From: Rebecca billardiae RCC1528
Lineage: Eukaryota; Protista; Haptophyta
Direction of reading: 5' to 3'
Assembly (NCBI GenBank): GCA_965240325.2
Contig: OZ251245.1
Span: 434,001 to 498,000 of the forward strand
DNA length: 64,000 nucleotides
How positions within the stretch are numbered: position 1 is the stretch's first letter; every line of letters starts with the position of its first letter. The position numbers were made by a program, and so were the translations under genes. The notes beneath the pieces were generated by a model. The model had not been told where the DNA came from, ran no database searches, and saw only the letters and a program-made list of their open reading frames with translations. This document shows positions 24,701 to 35,328 of the stretch, piece by piece.

Positions 24701-25210
24701 CCAGGATGTATGCGCGCGTGCGCCTGTCAGCTGCCCATCGCTGCTGGCACCACGCCAAGCGCGCCGCCCCCTTGTGTGCGCCAGCGGCGGCTCACCTGAC
24801 CTCCTCGATCCGACGTCACTGTGGATGGTGCGGTGCTCACGCATGTGCACTATGCCTGCGCGACGCTCAGGTTACTGAAATCAAACAGTCTAAGCGGCAC
24901 CATCCCGACCGAGGTCGGCTCTATGTCTGTGCTGCACGAAATGAATGTGGCCAACAACAAGATGTGGGGCGGTGTTCATGGCTTCCAAAACGTGCTTCCA
25001 TCGCATCTGCCTGAAGCACCGCCGCCGTCGCCACCTGCTCCCCCGCCGCTGCCCCCACCGCTGCAGGATTCTGGTCACCAACTTCAGCTCATGCAGATTA
25101 TTGCCTTGGCTGCTGGTGCATGCTGCTGCCTTGTGAGCACAATCGTGGCTGCAGTCTTCCTCCTGCCGCGCGTGATGGTAGTGGACAAGAAGGGCGGTTC
25201 CCTGCTGTGA
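21714..25210 (+). CDS. LRR receptor-like membrane protein, 13 exons, one LRR per exon: 21714-22132, 22334-22396, 22546-22626, 22787-22858, 23029-23100, 23260-23331, 23480-23557, 23731-23802, 23968-24036, 24204-24275, 24419-24490, 24636-24707, 24871-25210 (about 517 aa)
   Basis: Twelve repeats of a plant-type LRR (xLxxxxLSGTIPTEVGSMGSLxxM). All 11 internal exons are multiples of 3 and all introns are phase 2 GT-AG. Hydrophobic N-terminus, Cys-pair cap (CISNSATC), Pro-rich stalk, TM helix (IIALAAGACCCLVSTIVAAVFLL) and a short tail with no kinase. The start codon is uncertain. Confidence 0.85.
22133..24930 (+). repeat. Tandem array of 12 intron+exon units (about 215-250 bp period)
   Basis: Introns (143-201 nt) share GTA(C/T)GC..., CCAGCCGCCCATCGCTG, GGCACCATGCCATGCGCGCCGCCCC and CTCGATCCGACGTCACTGCTGAGGGCGCG...GCGACGCACAG. 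Confidence 0.95.
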
Positions 25211-27239
25211 GTGTCACTCGGCACAGTATCCCCTTACCGCAGGTTGCTTCTATACGAAGCAAAGATGGGTTCGCCCCCGCGGGTGCGTGCTCGGCGGGCA
25301 GGTGGACGCCGCGAGAGGGCGCGCGATGGCTGAGAGGCATCTTTGTGAGCATGTTCGTGGGCCACCCGAGCCTCATCGCCGCCGCCCTCCCCCTTCTCCG
25401 GTGCCACGGCGTCCAAACGGAGTGCCAAACAGTCGGTTCGAGCACGCCCAGAAGCAAAGTTTTGAGGGGTGCTCAGTTCGCCTCTGAGGTGCTCGTATCG
25501 CTGCGGTATGGTGCCGCACGCGGTACCGCATCAGGCGGGGTGAAGGACGTCACCCGCCGGTCGGCTCTCGGGCTGCCAGTCAGTGCCTGTGGTGCTCTGA
25601 CGCTGCTCTCCGAGCTCGAGATCCATCATGCGGCTTCCTGTGTGACGTCGGCAATGAGGAGGGTGTACTTGCGCACAGCGGGGCGCGCGCGTCGCGCATG
25701 TGATCGACACCGAAACAGACGAAGAAACATGACCGCCCATCCCGCCGAGCTCCTGGCTGACTTGCACTCGGCAATCACGCCGCGCGCGCGGCCTGCGGCT
25801 GCTGCGTGCGGCAAGCCGAGCCAAGCGTATCACGCGCAACTGGCAGGTGAGTGAGTTCACTAGCGCGACGAGTCAGGTGAACGCGCGCAGACCAGCGCGT
25901 GCAGTACGTACACCGCCTACAGCCATCTCGACCGATCGCCTACCTGCCTGAAGCAGCTGCAAGCGGCGTGCCGAGCCGGGTGTCGCGGGCACACAGTGCC
26001 AGCCTGGCGGGCACGACAGGCCCGTACGGCAGCTCGCGGCGCGCTGCCGCGGGATGCCATCGTGGAGGCATTGTAGCTGGAGGGACCAGTCTGGCGGCTG
26101 TCTACGGAGCAAAGTGAACTGCGGTAAGGGGATAGTGATTCCGGGCCCGACGCGACTACTATACAGTGACACCGCGTACGTATGGATGTACGCGGCTCTG
26201 GCTTCGGTTGGTCAACCCTGACTCTGCCAGAGACGGGCCCTCGTCTGCTAATTCTTTAGTCACGGCAATGAACTCATGCAATGATATGATGCTGATATGA
26301 AAAAATAACGGCGAAACACAGTGCAGGATTGGAATTTTCCGTGACGCTTCGGACGGTCCGCAGCTCGAGTCAGCGAATCCGGTCTCGGCCGGACAGTGGA
26401 ACTCGGGTGGAAGCCGCGACTTCGCGGCGGACGGAGCCTCAAACGAGCGGTGCCTCGGCTCGCGGCGCGATCTACTCGGCGAAGACCGACGAGGCTGCTC
26501 GCGGGCCCGACTATGCGTCGACGCGGGCTGGGGTCGTCTTCCGCGTGGCGCTGGGCAAGTTCCTCGCCGCCCTGACGGGTGCTCTCCTTTCGCCCTCACG
26601 GCGCGCGCGGTGCGTTTCGCGAGCTTCTTGCATGCACCGCCCGCGGTTGCGCCCGAGCCTGATGCTTCAGTCGACACGGCAGGTGGCTCGCGCAGGGTGG
26701 GATTGTGTGCGGGTGCCGCTGGCGGTGCGTCTCACCCTCCTGAAATTGTGTGGGAGGCTGTGACATTGCACGCGTACACCCCGCCACGCCCGCGGCCCGC
26801 CCGCGCAAACGCCGCGCCGCGCAGTTGTCTTTGACCTCGAGCGAGCCTGAGGCGTGGAGGCGACCGACGGCGGGGTGCGACTTGCCCACCGACCCGAGCC
26901 GCATCACCCAGCGCAGCCTCGCCCGCGACGACGCTTCGCCTGGCTGCCACTGCTCAGCCGCGTGCAAGGCGGGCTGGGCGACGTCCGTTTGCCGAGCGCG
27001 GCTGCAGCGCAGCACGCGAGAGGCTGGAGCGCCATGACGCGGATGGCGGAGCGGGCTTTGGGCTGGCTGGCATGAGCCGCCAGGCTGTACCGTCCGCGCA
27101 GATCGCGCTCGGCCCGGCCGCAGCCCTCCTGAGCGCGCGCCTCAGAGCTGAGACTGATCACGTGCACGCGCACAAGCCACACTGCCGTGGCTGTGTCGAG
27201 CAGCTGCGTGTGCTCGAGGCGCGGCGCTCGCACGGGCCA

Positions 27240-28000
27240 CGCGGGCGCAGCGGGTGCGCGTAGCTGGCGCACGCAGTGCCACGTCCTGCCGCGCCAGTTT
27301 GGCGGCCGTCCGCCCCCCCGAGCTCGAGTTCTGCGCGCTTTGCGACGGCGCGGCCGGCCGCGCCCATCTTCATGCTTGGGCACGCCAGCATGGCCGCCGC
27401 CGGGCCTGCTGCGCGCGCCGAAGCTGGAGGGCGGAGGAGGGCGCTGGGCTGCTCCTACGGCGTGCTGCAGCCCGGGCAGGCTTTTCCGCGGCGCGGCGAG
27501 GCCGTCGCGCCTGCTCGCCGCCGTCGAGTCGCCCGTGCTGAGTGACCGTCGGCCGCATGTGCTCGGCGGCACCGCAGGCAGGCGTCCCATACCAGTGTGC
27601 TCGAGCCGCTGCGCGCACCCAAGGCGAGCTGCTCGAGCGGGCTAGGTGGGCCCACGGAGTGCGCGCAGCTGGCGCACGCAGCCCCGCGTCATGGGGTGTC
27701 GGTTTGACGGTCGCCAGCCCCCGTGGGCTCGAGCTCTGTGCGCTTCACCACAGAGGTGCCGACGGCGCCCCGCGGCGCGCAACGGCGTGGCAGCATGGCC
27801 GCCGCCGGCGCCGCCGCACATGCCGCCGCTTACGGGCAGTCGAGAGCTTGGGGCAGCACCTACGGCATGCTGCAGCTCGGGCGGGCTCTGCCAGCCTGCT
27901 GTGGCGTGATCGCGCATTTTCCAGACCGTCGACTCGCCCGCGCTGCATATTTGTTTGCTGCGCGTGCTCGACGGCGCCGCTGCTGCCGCTACGGCCGCGC
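27240..28000 (+). repeat. Diverged tandem duplication, period about 405 bp
   Basis: Shared blocks AGCTGGCGCACGCAG, CAGCATGGCCGCCGCCGG (27387/27791) and CTACGGCRTGCTGCAGCYCGGGC (27455/27860). Confidence 0.55.
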
Positions 28001-29045
28001 GTTGCTGCGTCGCGAGCGAGCCCGATGCGAGCTGAACGGCGGCGTGCTCATCGCTGCTGGCGCAGATGGGCGCGTCATGGTGGCCACGCACGATGCTGAG
28101 TGCTCGCGCGTGCCAGACGAGGCGCGTGCTCGCGCTGTGGCTCAATGTCCGGCAGTGCGCGTGGCAGGCCGCAGCTGCTCGACAACAGAACCAGCGGGCA
28201 GTGATCGGGCTGCGCGCGCGCAGCTGATGGCGGCGAACGAGCGAGCCCGCACCGCCGCGCAAGGGCTGGGCGACTGGCGCCGAGGTGGCGCGCACGTCGT
28301 CCGCTGCCGTTGGCATCGCGGCGGACGCTTCAAGCTCGTTCGGCCGGCGTGTTTTCTCCGACGCCCACCTGCGAGCGCTGCCGGCACCGTGCTCGGGCGT
28401 CAGTATCGGTGGGCTCGAGCACGCGTGGTGAGGCGCTCGGAGCGGTCGACGGCCATGATCGGGCAGCGCACGGTGGGCGCAGGCCACGCGCACGCCAGCG
28501 CCCCGCGTGGCGTGGCTTCACGGGGCGCAGCCACCAGGAGACTGTGCTGCGACGAGCTCGGGCGCGCTCGGGCGCCGCTGCTCTGCATTTTCCCGAAAAA
28601 TCGGTTTTCGTGCCCTCGACCGGCGTTATGCCGCCGGGGTGGCCGCAGCTGCGCTCGGAGCAGCGCGCACGGGCACCGCCGTGTGCGCCCGCCCGCTTTC
28701 GCCGCCGCCGAGCTCGAGCACAGCGCTGCGCGGGGCTGCGTAATGCCAACGGCGCATGATTTTTTGCCCGCGCCGAGCGCGCGTCGGCGCGCGCAGCGCG
28801 CTCAGGTGTGGCCTGCTACCAAGGTCTGTGCCACGATTCGACGCGCCTATGGTGCGCCGAATTTAGGCGCACCGCTTCAGAATTGTCCGATGATTCGACT
28901 AGTGGTGCGGACAACTTAAAACGTCACCCTGAGCAGTTTTCCGGCACTGTGAAATTTATTGACGATGTATATATATATATTATAATGGGCAGGGTGAGTT
29001 TATTTATTATTGACGTTATGAGTCGTCACCACTCGTCGATCACAC

Positions 29046-30329
29046 TCACAACTCACAATCAGCATCAACGTCGTGCCACCGTGGCAGGTCGAAGATGTCG
29101 AGTGCATCCGCGGCTCTGCTGACTGACAGAGTGCCACTGGGACCGTCGTCACCAGCGTCACCATCAGAATAACTGCTCATCGTAGTCATGGCAAGGCCCC
29201 ATGCGGAGGCGCTCCACGTCGACGTGGGCCGCTCGGCACGCGCCGCCACCGCCGCTCTTTGCTTCATCCCACGCAGCGCGGCACTCGGGAACGTGTTCTC
29301 CTCCTCGCTATGCCGCAGCGCGACCACGGGCAGTGGCATGCGCTTGCCGCGCGCGTCGGCGAGCGCGCGCGCGGCGGTGCACGCCGCACCCACCACCGCG
29401 CTCGACGCCCGCGAGCCCGCTGGCCGCAAGTAGTACACGGCCGCGATGTCGGCGAGCGTGTATCCTACGTGCACCTCGTTGTACATGCTGCCGAACGGCA
29501 GCTGGGCGTCCGGGTACTCGCGCGCGGCCGCGCGGACAAAGGCGCGCTGCCGCCGCATCATGGCTTCCCAGTCCCTGTGGTGGCAGTTCGCATGCTTGGG
29601 CTTGACGAAGATGCGCGCGTATTCGCTCTCCCTGCTGCGCTGCTCGCTCAACGGCTCGGGCGCGGCGCTGCTCCTGGCGGCGCGGAGCGCGGCGCTTCTG
29701 TTGACGGCGCGGAGCGCGTCCAGCCGGGAGCGGGCATAGTCGGCGGGGCCGGTCCGGGCGCACCTCCGCGACGGCCAGTGGCCGCGGCCGTACGAATCGT
29801 TGGGGTACGCCGCGCGCCGCTGCTTCGATTTCAGCTCTTTGAAGACCCAGCCAAAGTGCATCGGCGACGGCTCGTGATTCGTGTACGCGCTCGTGGGTAG
29901 CGAGGAGTGCAGGAGGCAGCCGTGGACCCAACCGGGCCTGCGGTCGGCAAGAGCACGTACGCAGGCCCGCACGTACGCATGGAGGGCTGACGGCTCGTCG
30001 AACGCTGCCTCGTTGCCTGGCCGCGCGTGCAACGCCTCCTGCGAGCACCTGAACATGTGCACAACCACGCCATTGCGGCGCGTTGCGCTGAAGCGCCGGC
30101 GGAGTTTCGCGCGCGCGACTGCTGCCTGCGCAAAGCTCTGGGCACAATGAGCCGTGCTGTTTTCGCGCGCGCCGGCTGCTTGCACGATGCTCTGGGCACA
30201 GTGAGCCGTGCTGTTCTCCGCGCTGGTGGTGCTCACTGCCGGTGCACGGCCGATCACCAGCAGGACGAGCGCACTGCCGAGCACCACCACGAAGGTCAAG
30301 CCCGCCGCGCACGACGCGCGCTCGTGCAT
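29046..30329 (-). CDS. Signal-anchored/secreted protein with a putative ADP-ribosyltransferase-like domain
   Basis: 427-aa ORF with protein-like composition, an N-terminal hydrophobic helix, an internal duplication (ENSTAHCAQS x2) and motifs VVVHMF / GCLL / GWVF / AYP / YNEV / IAAVYY. The function is inferred. Confidence 0.7.
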   Translation of the reverse strand: MHERASCAAGLTFVVVLGSALVLLVIGRAPAVSTTSAENSTAHCAQSIVQAAGARENSTAHCAQSFAQAAVARAKLRRRFSATRRNGVVVHMFRCSQEALHARPGNEAAFDEPSALHAYVRACVRALADRRPGWVHGCLLHSSLPTSAYTNHEPSPMHFGWVFKELKSKQRRAAYPNDSYGRGHWPSRRCARTGPADYARSRLDALRAVNRSAALRAARSSAAPEPLSEQRSRESEYARIFVKPKHANCHHRDWEAMMRRQRAFVRAAAREYPDAQLPFGSMYNEVHVGYTLADIAAVYYLRPAGSRASSAVVGAACTAARALADARGKRMPLPVVALRHSEEENTFPSAALRGMKQRAAVAARAERPTSTWSASAWGLAMTTMSSYSDGDAGDDGPSGTLSVSRAADALDIFDLPRWHDVDADCEL

Positions 30330-31145
30330 CCCGCCGAGCGGCCGAGGCGGTAGTTTTCATGAGTCCGGTTCCGTACAGTTTGGGGCGATGGCCGACGCGA
30401 CGGGAGTGGTGGGTTTGGCAGTCCGCGGTGGTTATCGCGTTATGACTGCCGCGTCGCTGCTCCGCCGCCGTCCGTGCCCCTCCCCGCTAGGTGGGCGTAT
30501 ACCTGGCCGGACGCGGGTTCGGCGCTCGCAGCGGCATCGCCGGAGTGACCGGACGGTGACGAGATGTGAGTCGGAAGCAGCTCGCCTTTGCGGCGCGGGT
30601 ACCAAGCGGAAAGTGAGCGTACCTGCAGGCGGGCCGACCCTCGGCGTGACAGGCGCACCTTCGGGGCCGGTCAGGGCAGCCCACGTCGTGCAGCCGACCG
30701 CTTCCGCCGCGACTGCCCCCCGGCGCACCCTGCCCCGGCCGACGCCTGAGCACAGCGGCCCCGCCCGGGCCCGGGGCCCCCGGGCGGCAGGCCGCGGCGG
30801 CGCCGGCACACTCACGGACAGCCAGCGGCGCTCCTCCGCCTCCTTCGCTCCCCGTTCCTCGTTGTCCCCCCCTGGCGTGGTGCGCGTGCATCACGCTCGA
30901 ACTCTCACGATGCTGCTTCGGCGTCCTTCTGCGGCGGCATCCGACGGTCGTGCGCACTGCGAGGCGGAGCGCGAGGTGCTGGGCACTGCCGTCCGTCGTG
31001 CTCCCTCCTCCTCATGGCCCACTGCTTTACTCGAGGGGAACGCTCAGCGCCTTCTGCTTCTCTCATCCGCTCGTGCGCGACCACGCTTGTGCTGGGTGTC
31101 CTTCTGAGGCGTCCGGTGGCCGGGCGCACATCGGGGGGCGCACAT

Positions 31146-31958
31146 CGGGGTGGTAAGTGAGGTGCCGGTGCGCTGCCGTCCGTCGGGCGCGCTCCTCGCT
31201 CATCTCCACCTGCTTCGCTCGAGCGTGGGCGCGCTCGGCGCTGTCTGCCTCGCTCGCGCGCGAGCGCATTTTGGCGCTGGACGAGACTCGTGCGCATCCA
31301 TGCTGCTTCTGCGTCCATCGGCAGCGTCCGGCGGCTGGGCGCACGGCGGGGCGGCGCCAGCGGGCGTGTGTCGGGCACGCTCCACGCTCCTCACCAGCTG
31401 CTGCGCGCTCGCGGGGGCGCGCTCAACAACACGCTCCTCACCAGCTGCTGCGCGCTCGCGGGGGCGCGCTCAACAACACCTTCTGCCCTTCGTCCGAGCT
31501 GGAGCGCATGTCGGCGGCGCGGGCAGTGAGCGCACACATGCTGCTTCGGAACGTCGGGGTGGTAAGTGAGGTGCCGGTGCGCTGCCGTCCGTCGGGCGCG
31601 CTCCTCGCTCATCTCCACCTGCTTCGCTCGAGCGTGGGCGCGCTCGGCACTGTCTACCTCGCTCGCGCGCGAGCGCATTTTGGCGCTGGACGAGACTCGT
31701 GCGCATCCATGCTGCTTCTGCGTCCATCGGCAGCGTCCGGCGGCTGGGCGCACGGCGGGGCGGCGCCAGCGGGCGTGTGTCGGGCACGCTCCACGCTCCT
31801 CACCAGCTGCTGCGCGCTCGAGGGGGTGCGCTCAACAACACGCTCCTCACCAGCTGCTGCGCGCTCGCGGGGGCGCGCTCAACAACACCTTCTGCCCTTC
31901 GTCCGAGCTGGAGCGCATGTCGGCGGCGCGGGCAGTGAGCGCACACATGCTACTTCGG
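31146..31958 (+). repeat. 409-bp tandem duplication, each copy with an internal 47-bp duplication
   Basis: TCGGGGTGGTAAGTGAGGTGCCGGTGC starts at 31146 and 31555; CACGCTCCTCACCAGCTGCTGCGCGCTCG is doubled within each copy. Confidence 0.92.
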
Positions 31959-32279
31959 CGTCCCGTTCTCGGCCATCTGTTGGGCGGCCGGCGGGGCGGC
32001 GCGTGAGGTGTCGTTGCGCTGTCGTCCGTCGGGCACACTCGTCGCTCATCACCTTCTACTTCGCTTGAGCGGAACCGCGCGCTTCATCACCTTCGATCTG
32101 CCCCCCGCTCGAGCGAGCGCGCTTCTTCGGCGCGGGCCCCTCGGGGCGCAACAGCGGAGCCGCGCGCGCTCCGCGTGTTCGCGCTCGCCGCACGCCGCTG
32201 CCGCGCTGCAAGCACGCCGCCGCCACTCGCCGCCGCACGACTCACCCTTCTCTACAGCTCGCCGTCGCTCACTCGCGCG

Positions 32280-32357
32280 TCTATCTGTCTATCTATCTGT
32301 CTATCTATCTGTCTATCTGTCTATCTGTCTATCTGTCTATCTGTCTATCTGTCTATC
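32280..32357 (+). repeat. (TCTA/TCTG)n tetranucleotide microsatellite
   Basis: Direct reading. Confidence 0.95.
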
Positions 32358-32404
32358 CCTCGCGCGCGCGCCGATCATCATGCGCCGATCATCGTGTGCG
32401 CACC

Positions 32405-32895
32405 CTATCTTCTCCGCGCGTCACTTGCGCCTATCTCATCTCCGCGCGTTACTTGCGCCTACTATCTACTTCTCCGCGCGTTACTTGCGCCTGTCTCCGC
32501 GCGTCACTTGCGCCTATCTACTTCTCCGCGCGTTACTTGCGCCTACTATATCTACTTCCCCACGCGTTACTTGCGCCTGTCTCCGCGCGTTACTTGCGCC
32601 TATACCTCCTCCGCGCGTTACTTGCGCCTATACTATCTACTTCTCCGCGCGTTACTTGCGCCTGTCTCCGCGCGTTACTTGCGCCTACTATATCTTCTCC
32701 GCGCGTTTACTTGCGCCTATCTTCTCCGCGCGTTACTTGCGCCTGTCTCCGCGCGTTACTTGCGCCTACTATATCTTCTCCGCGCGTTACTTGCGCCTAT
32801 CTTCTCCGCGCGTTACTTGCGCCTATCTCCTCCGCGCGTTACTTGCGCCTATGCCCTCCGCGCCTATCGTCTCCGCGCGCATCTTATTCTCCGCG
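32405..32895 (+). repeat. Minisatellite with core TCTCCGCGCGTTACTTGCGCCT and short variable linkers (about 16 copies)
   Basis: Direct reading; period about 23-35 bp. Confidence 0.95.
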
Positions 32896-32924
32896 CGTCA
32901 CTCGCACCTGTCTTCTCATGCGCG

Positions 32925-33280
32925 CGCGCCGATCATCATCATGTGCGCGCGCCGATCATCACTTCGTGCTCAGCGTAACCATCGCATCATCATCCGGGTG
33001 CCGAGCGTGCCATCATCGCACACACCTTTCGGCGCGCTTACATGGGCGTACGTGGTGTCTGTGGCCGGGGCGTGGGGGACGACGTCGTCGGCGGGCTGGC
33101 GTTGATACCCGCGCGCGCCGATCATCATTCGTGCTCCGCGCAATAACCATCATCATCATTCGGGTGCCGAGTGCGCCATCCTCGCGCGCACCTTTCGGCG
33201 CGCTTACATGGGTGTACGTGGTGTCTGTGGCCGGGGTGTCGGGGACGACGTTGTCGGCGGGCCGGCGTTGATACCTGCGC
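32925..33280 (+). repeat. About 165-bp diverged tandem duplication, with a third partial copy near 33890-34045
   Basis: CACCTTTCGGCGCGCTTACATGGG...GTGGTGTCTGTGGCCGGGG...GACGACG...CGTTGATACC occurs twice, with related sequence downstream. Confidence 0.8.
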
Positions 33281-35328
33281 CGCGTGGCGGCTCTGGCGGA
33301 TGCAGCTCTCGCCGGTCGGCTGCCACTGCAGCGGGGCGCGCGCGCTGCTGGGCGTTTTCGGGCGCGAAAAGCGACGTGGCCCGCTGGCCACCTGCGGCGC
33401 TTTCACCTGGCCTTGGTCTTCCTCGCTCGTCACCTTCTGCGTCGCTCGAGCGCGGACGCGCTCATCATCGTCAATCACCTCCTGTCTATCGCTCGAACCG
33501 CTGCTTTCCGTTCCGTTCCGTTTCTACGCGCGTTCCTTTCCTCACGCCGAGCGTGCCTGGCCCTTCCCGCCACGCGCCACGCGTTCCTCTCCCATTCCTG
33601 TGCCATCTTCCTCACTCATCACCTCCTGCTTCGCTCGAGCGCTCGAACGTGGTCGCGTTCATCGTCAATCGCCTTGTGCCTCTCGCGCGAGCCGTTGCGG
33701 CGAATTCGTCACGCGCGCGCATGGTCATGCGCGCGCGCCGATCATCGCGTGACGATCATCATGCGCGCGCACCGACCAGCGCCGATCATCATGCGCGCGC
33801 GCCGTCATGCGCGCGCGCCGAGTATCATGCGCCGTTTATCATGCGCGCGCTCCGATCCGCCCGCGCGCGCACCGCTCATCGTGCGCGCGCACCGATCGTC
33901 ATTCGTGCGCCGCACGGCCATCACCATTCGCGCACCGTGCGCGTCACCTCGCACGCCCCTTTTCGGCGCGCTTTCACGGGCGCTCGTGCGGTCTGCAGGC
34001 GCGTGGTTGACGACGTTGTCGGCAAGCCGACGTCGATACCTGCGCCTCATGTCGGCTCGGGTGTGTTCCGCGACGGCTCGGGCGCATGCGCTCTCGCCGG
34101 CCGGCGGCGGCGGCGGCGGTGCGCGCGTGCTGCTGGGCGGTTTCGTCGGGCAAGTGGACGGCGTGGCCTGCGGGTCACCTGCAGCGCTTCGCCTGGCCTG
34201 TGCCGGCGCGCGACGACGGGCGGGTTACGCCAGTGGTCCTGTGGTCCGCCGGTCGCTGCGGGCTCTCGGCGACCTCTGGCAGGGGCTGAGCGCTGGGGGG
34301 GAGGGGGGGGGGGGCACCCAGTCCGCCGCTCCGCGGCCCCACACCGGCGGCGTGCGGCGTGGTGGTGGGCAGGGCGCTGCGCCTCTGGGGGTCGGGGCCG
34401 GGCCTGGCCTCGGCCGCGCCGGCCGACGCCGGCCACGCCGGCGTGGCGCCTGGCGCTGCGCCTCTTTGGGCGGGCGCTGCCTCGCCGCCCTGCCCCCCCC
34501 CGTGGCGACTGGCGGCCCCAGGCAACCCCTGCATCCGCCTATCGTAAACACCGGTTCGCCAGAAGGAGCGCGACGCGCGCGCGGTTATGGGGCGATGGCC
34601 GACGCGACGGGAGTGGTGGGTTTGGCAGTCCGCGGTGGTTATCGCGTTATGACTGCCGCGTCGCTGCTCCGCCGCCGTCCGTGCCCCTCCCCGCTAGGTG
34701 GGCGTATACCTGGCCGGACGCGGGTTCGGCGCTCGCAGCGGCATCGCCGGAGTGACCGGACGGTGACGAGATGTGAGTCGGAAGCAGCTCGCCTTTGCGG
34801 CGCGGGTACCAAGCGGAAAGTGAGCGTACCTGCAGGCGGGCCGACCCTCGGCGTGACAGGCGCACCTTCGGGGCCGGTCAGGGCAGCCCACGTCGTGCAG
34901 CCGACCGCTTCCGCCGCGACTGCCCCCCGGCGCACCCTGCCCCGGCCGACGCCTGAGCACAGCGGCCCCGCCCGGGCCCGGGGCCCCCGGGCGGCAGGCC
35001 GCGGCGGCGCCGGCACACTCACGGACAGCCAGCGGCGCTCCTCCGCCTCCCGCCCGCCCTCCCTGGCGTGGGATCGCCGCGCTGGGGTGGGTGCGGCTTG
35101 AGTCAGCGTCCACGGGGGGGGCGATGTGCTGCCGGGCGGGCGCTGCCTCGCCGCCCTGCCCCCCCCCGTGGCGACTGGCGGCCCCAGGCAACCCCTGCAT
35201 CCGCCTATCGTAAACACCGGTTCGCCAGAAGGAGCGCGACGCGCGCGCGGTATATATACTAAGAATAAGAGACGCACACAGCTCAGGCAGGCGAGACAGT
35301 ACACAACACGACTTGATGTTCATCTGTT

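Larger units (their letters stand above)
30381..35251 (+). mobile_element. Non-autonomous element with split direct repeats (A1...B1-A2-B2), PAT/Ngaro-type architecture
   Basis: A1 30381-30843 = A2 34588-35050 (463 bp). B1 34468-34585 = B2 35134-35251 (118 bp). B1 abuts A2. No RT, RNase H or tyrosine recombinase ORF was recognised; the interior is tandem repeats. Confidence 0.75.

Noticed and set aside
22133-24930. CRISPR-like or diversity-generating-retroelement reading of the constant/variable array
   Set aside because: Units are spliceosomal intron plus in-frame LRR exon. There are no cas or RT genes in the window and no adenine-specific template/variable repeat pair.
25234-28919. Protein-coding genes downstream of the LRR gene (e.g. 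ORF 27723-28919)
   Set aside because: No recognisable motifs or coherent exon structure. Probably decayed repeats or pseudogene fragments.
32405-32895. CRISPR-like array (22-bp repeat) and the long ORFs running through it
   Set aside because: Linkers are only about 1-13 bp and themselves repetitive, so this is a minisatellite. The ORFs arise from stop-free repeats.
30381-35050. Canonical LTR retrotransposon (463-bp direct repeats)
   Set aside because: The repeats do not end in CA, there is no TSD, PBS or gag/pol, and the second B repeat pair indicates split-repeat architecture.
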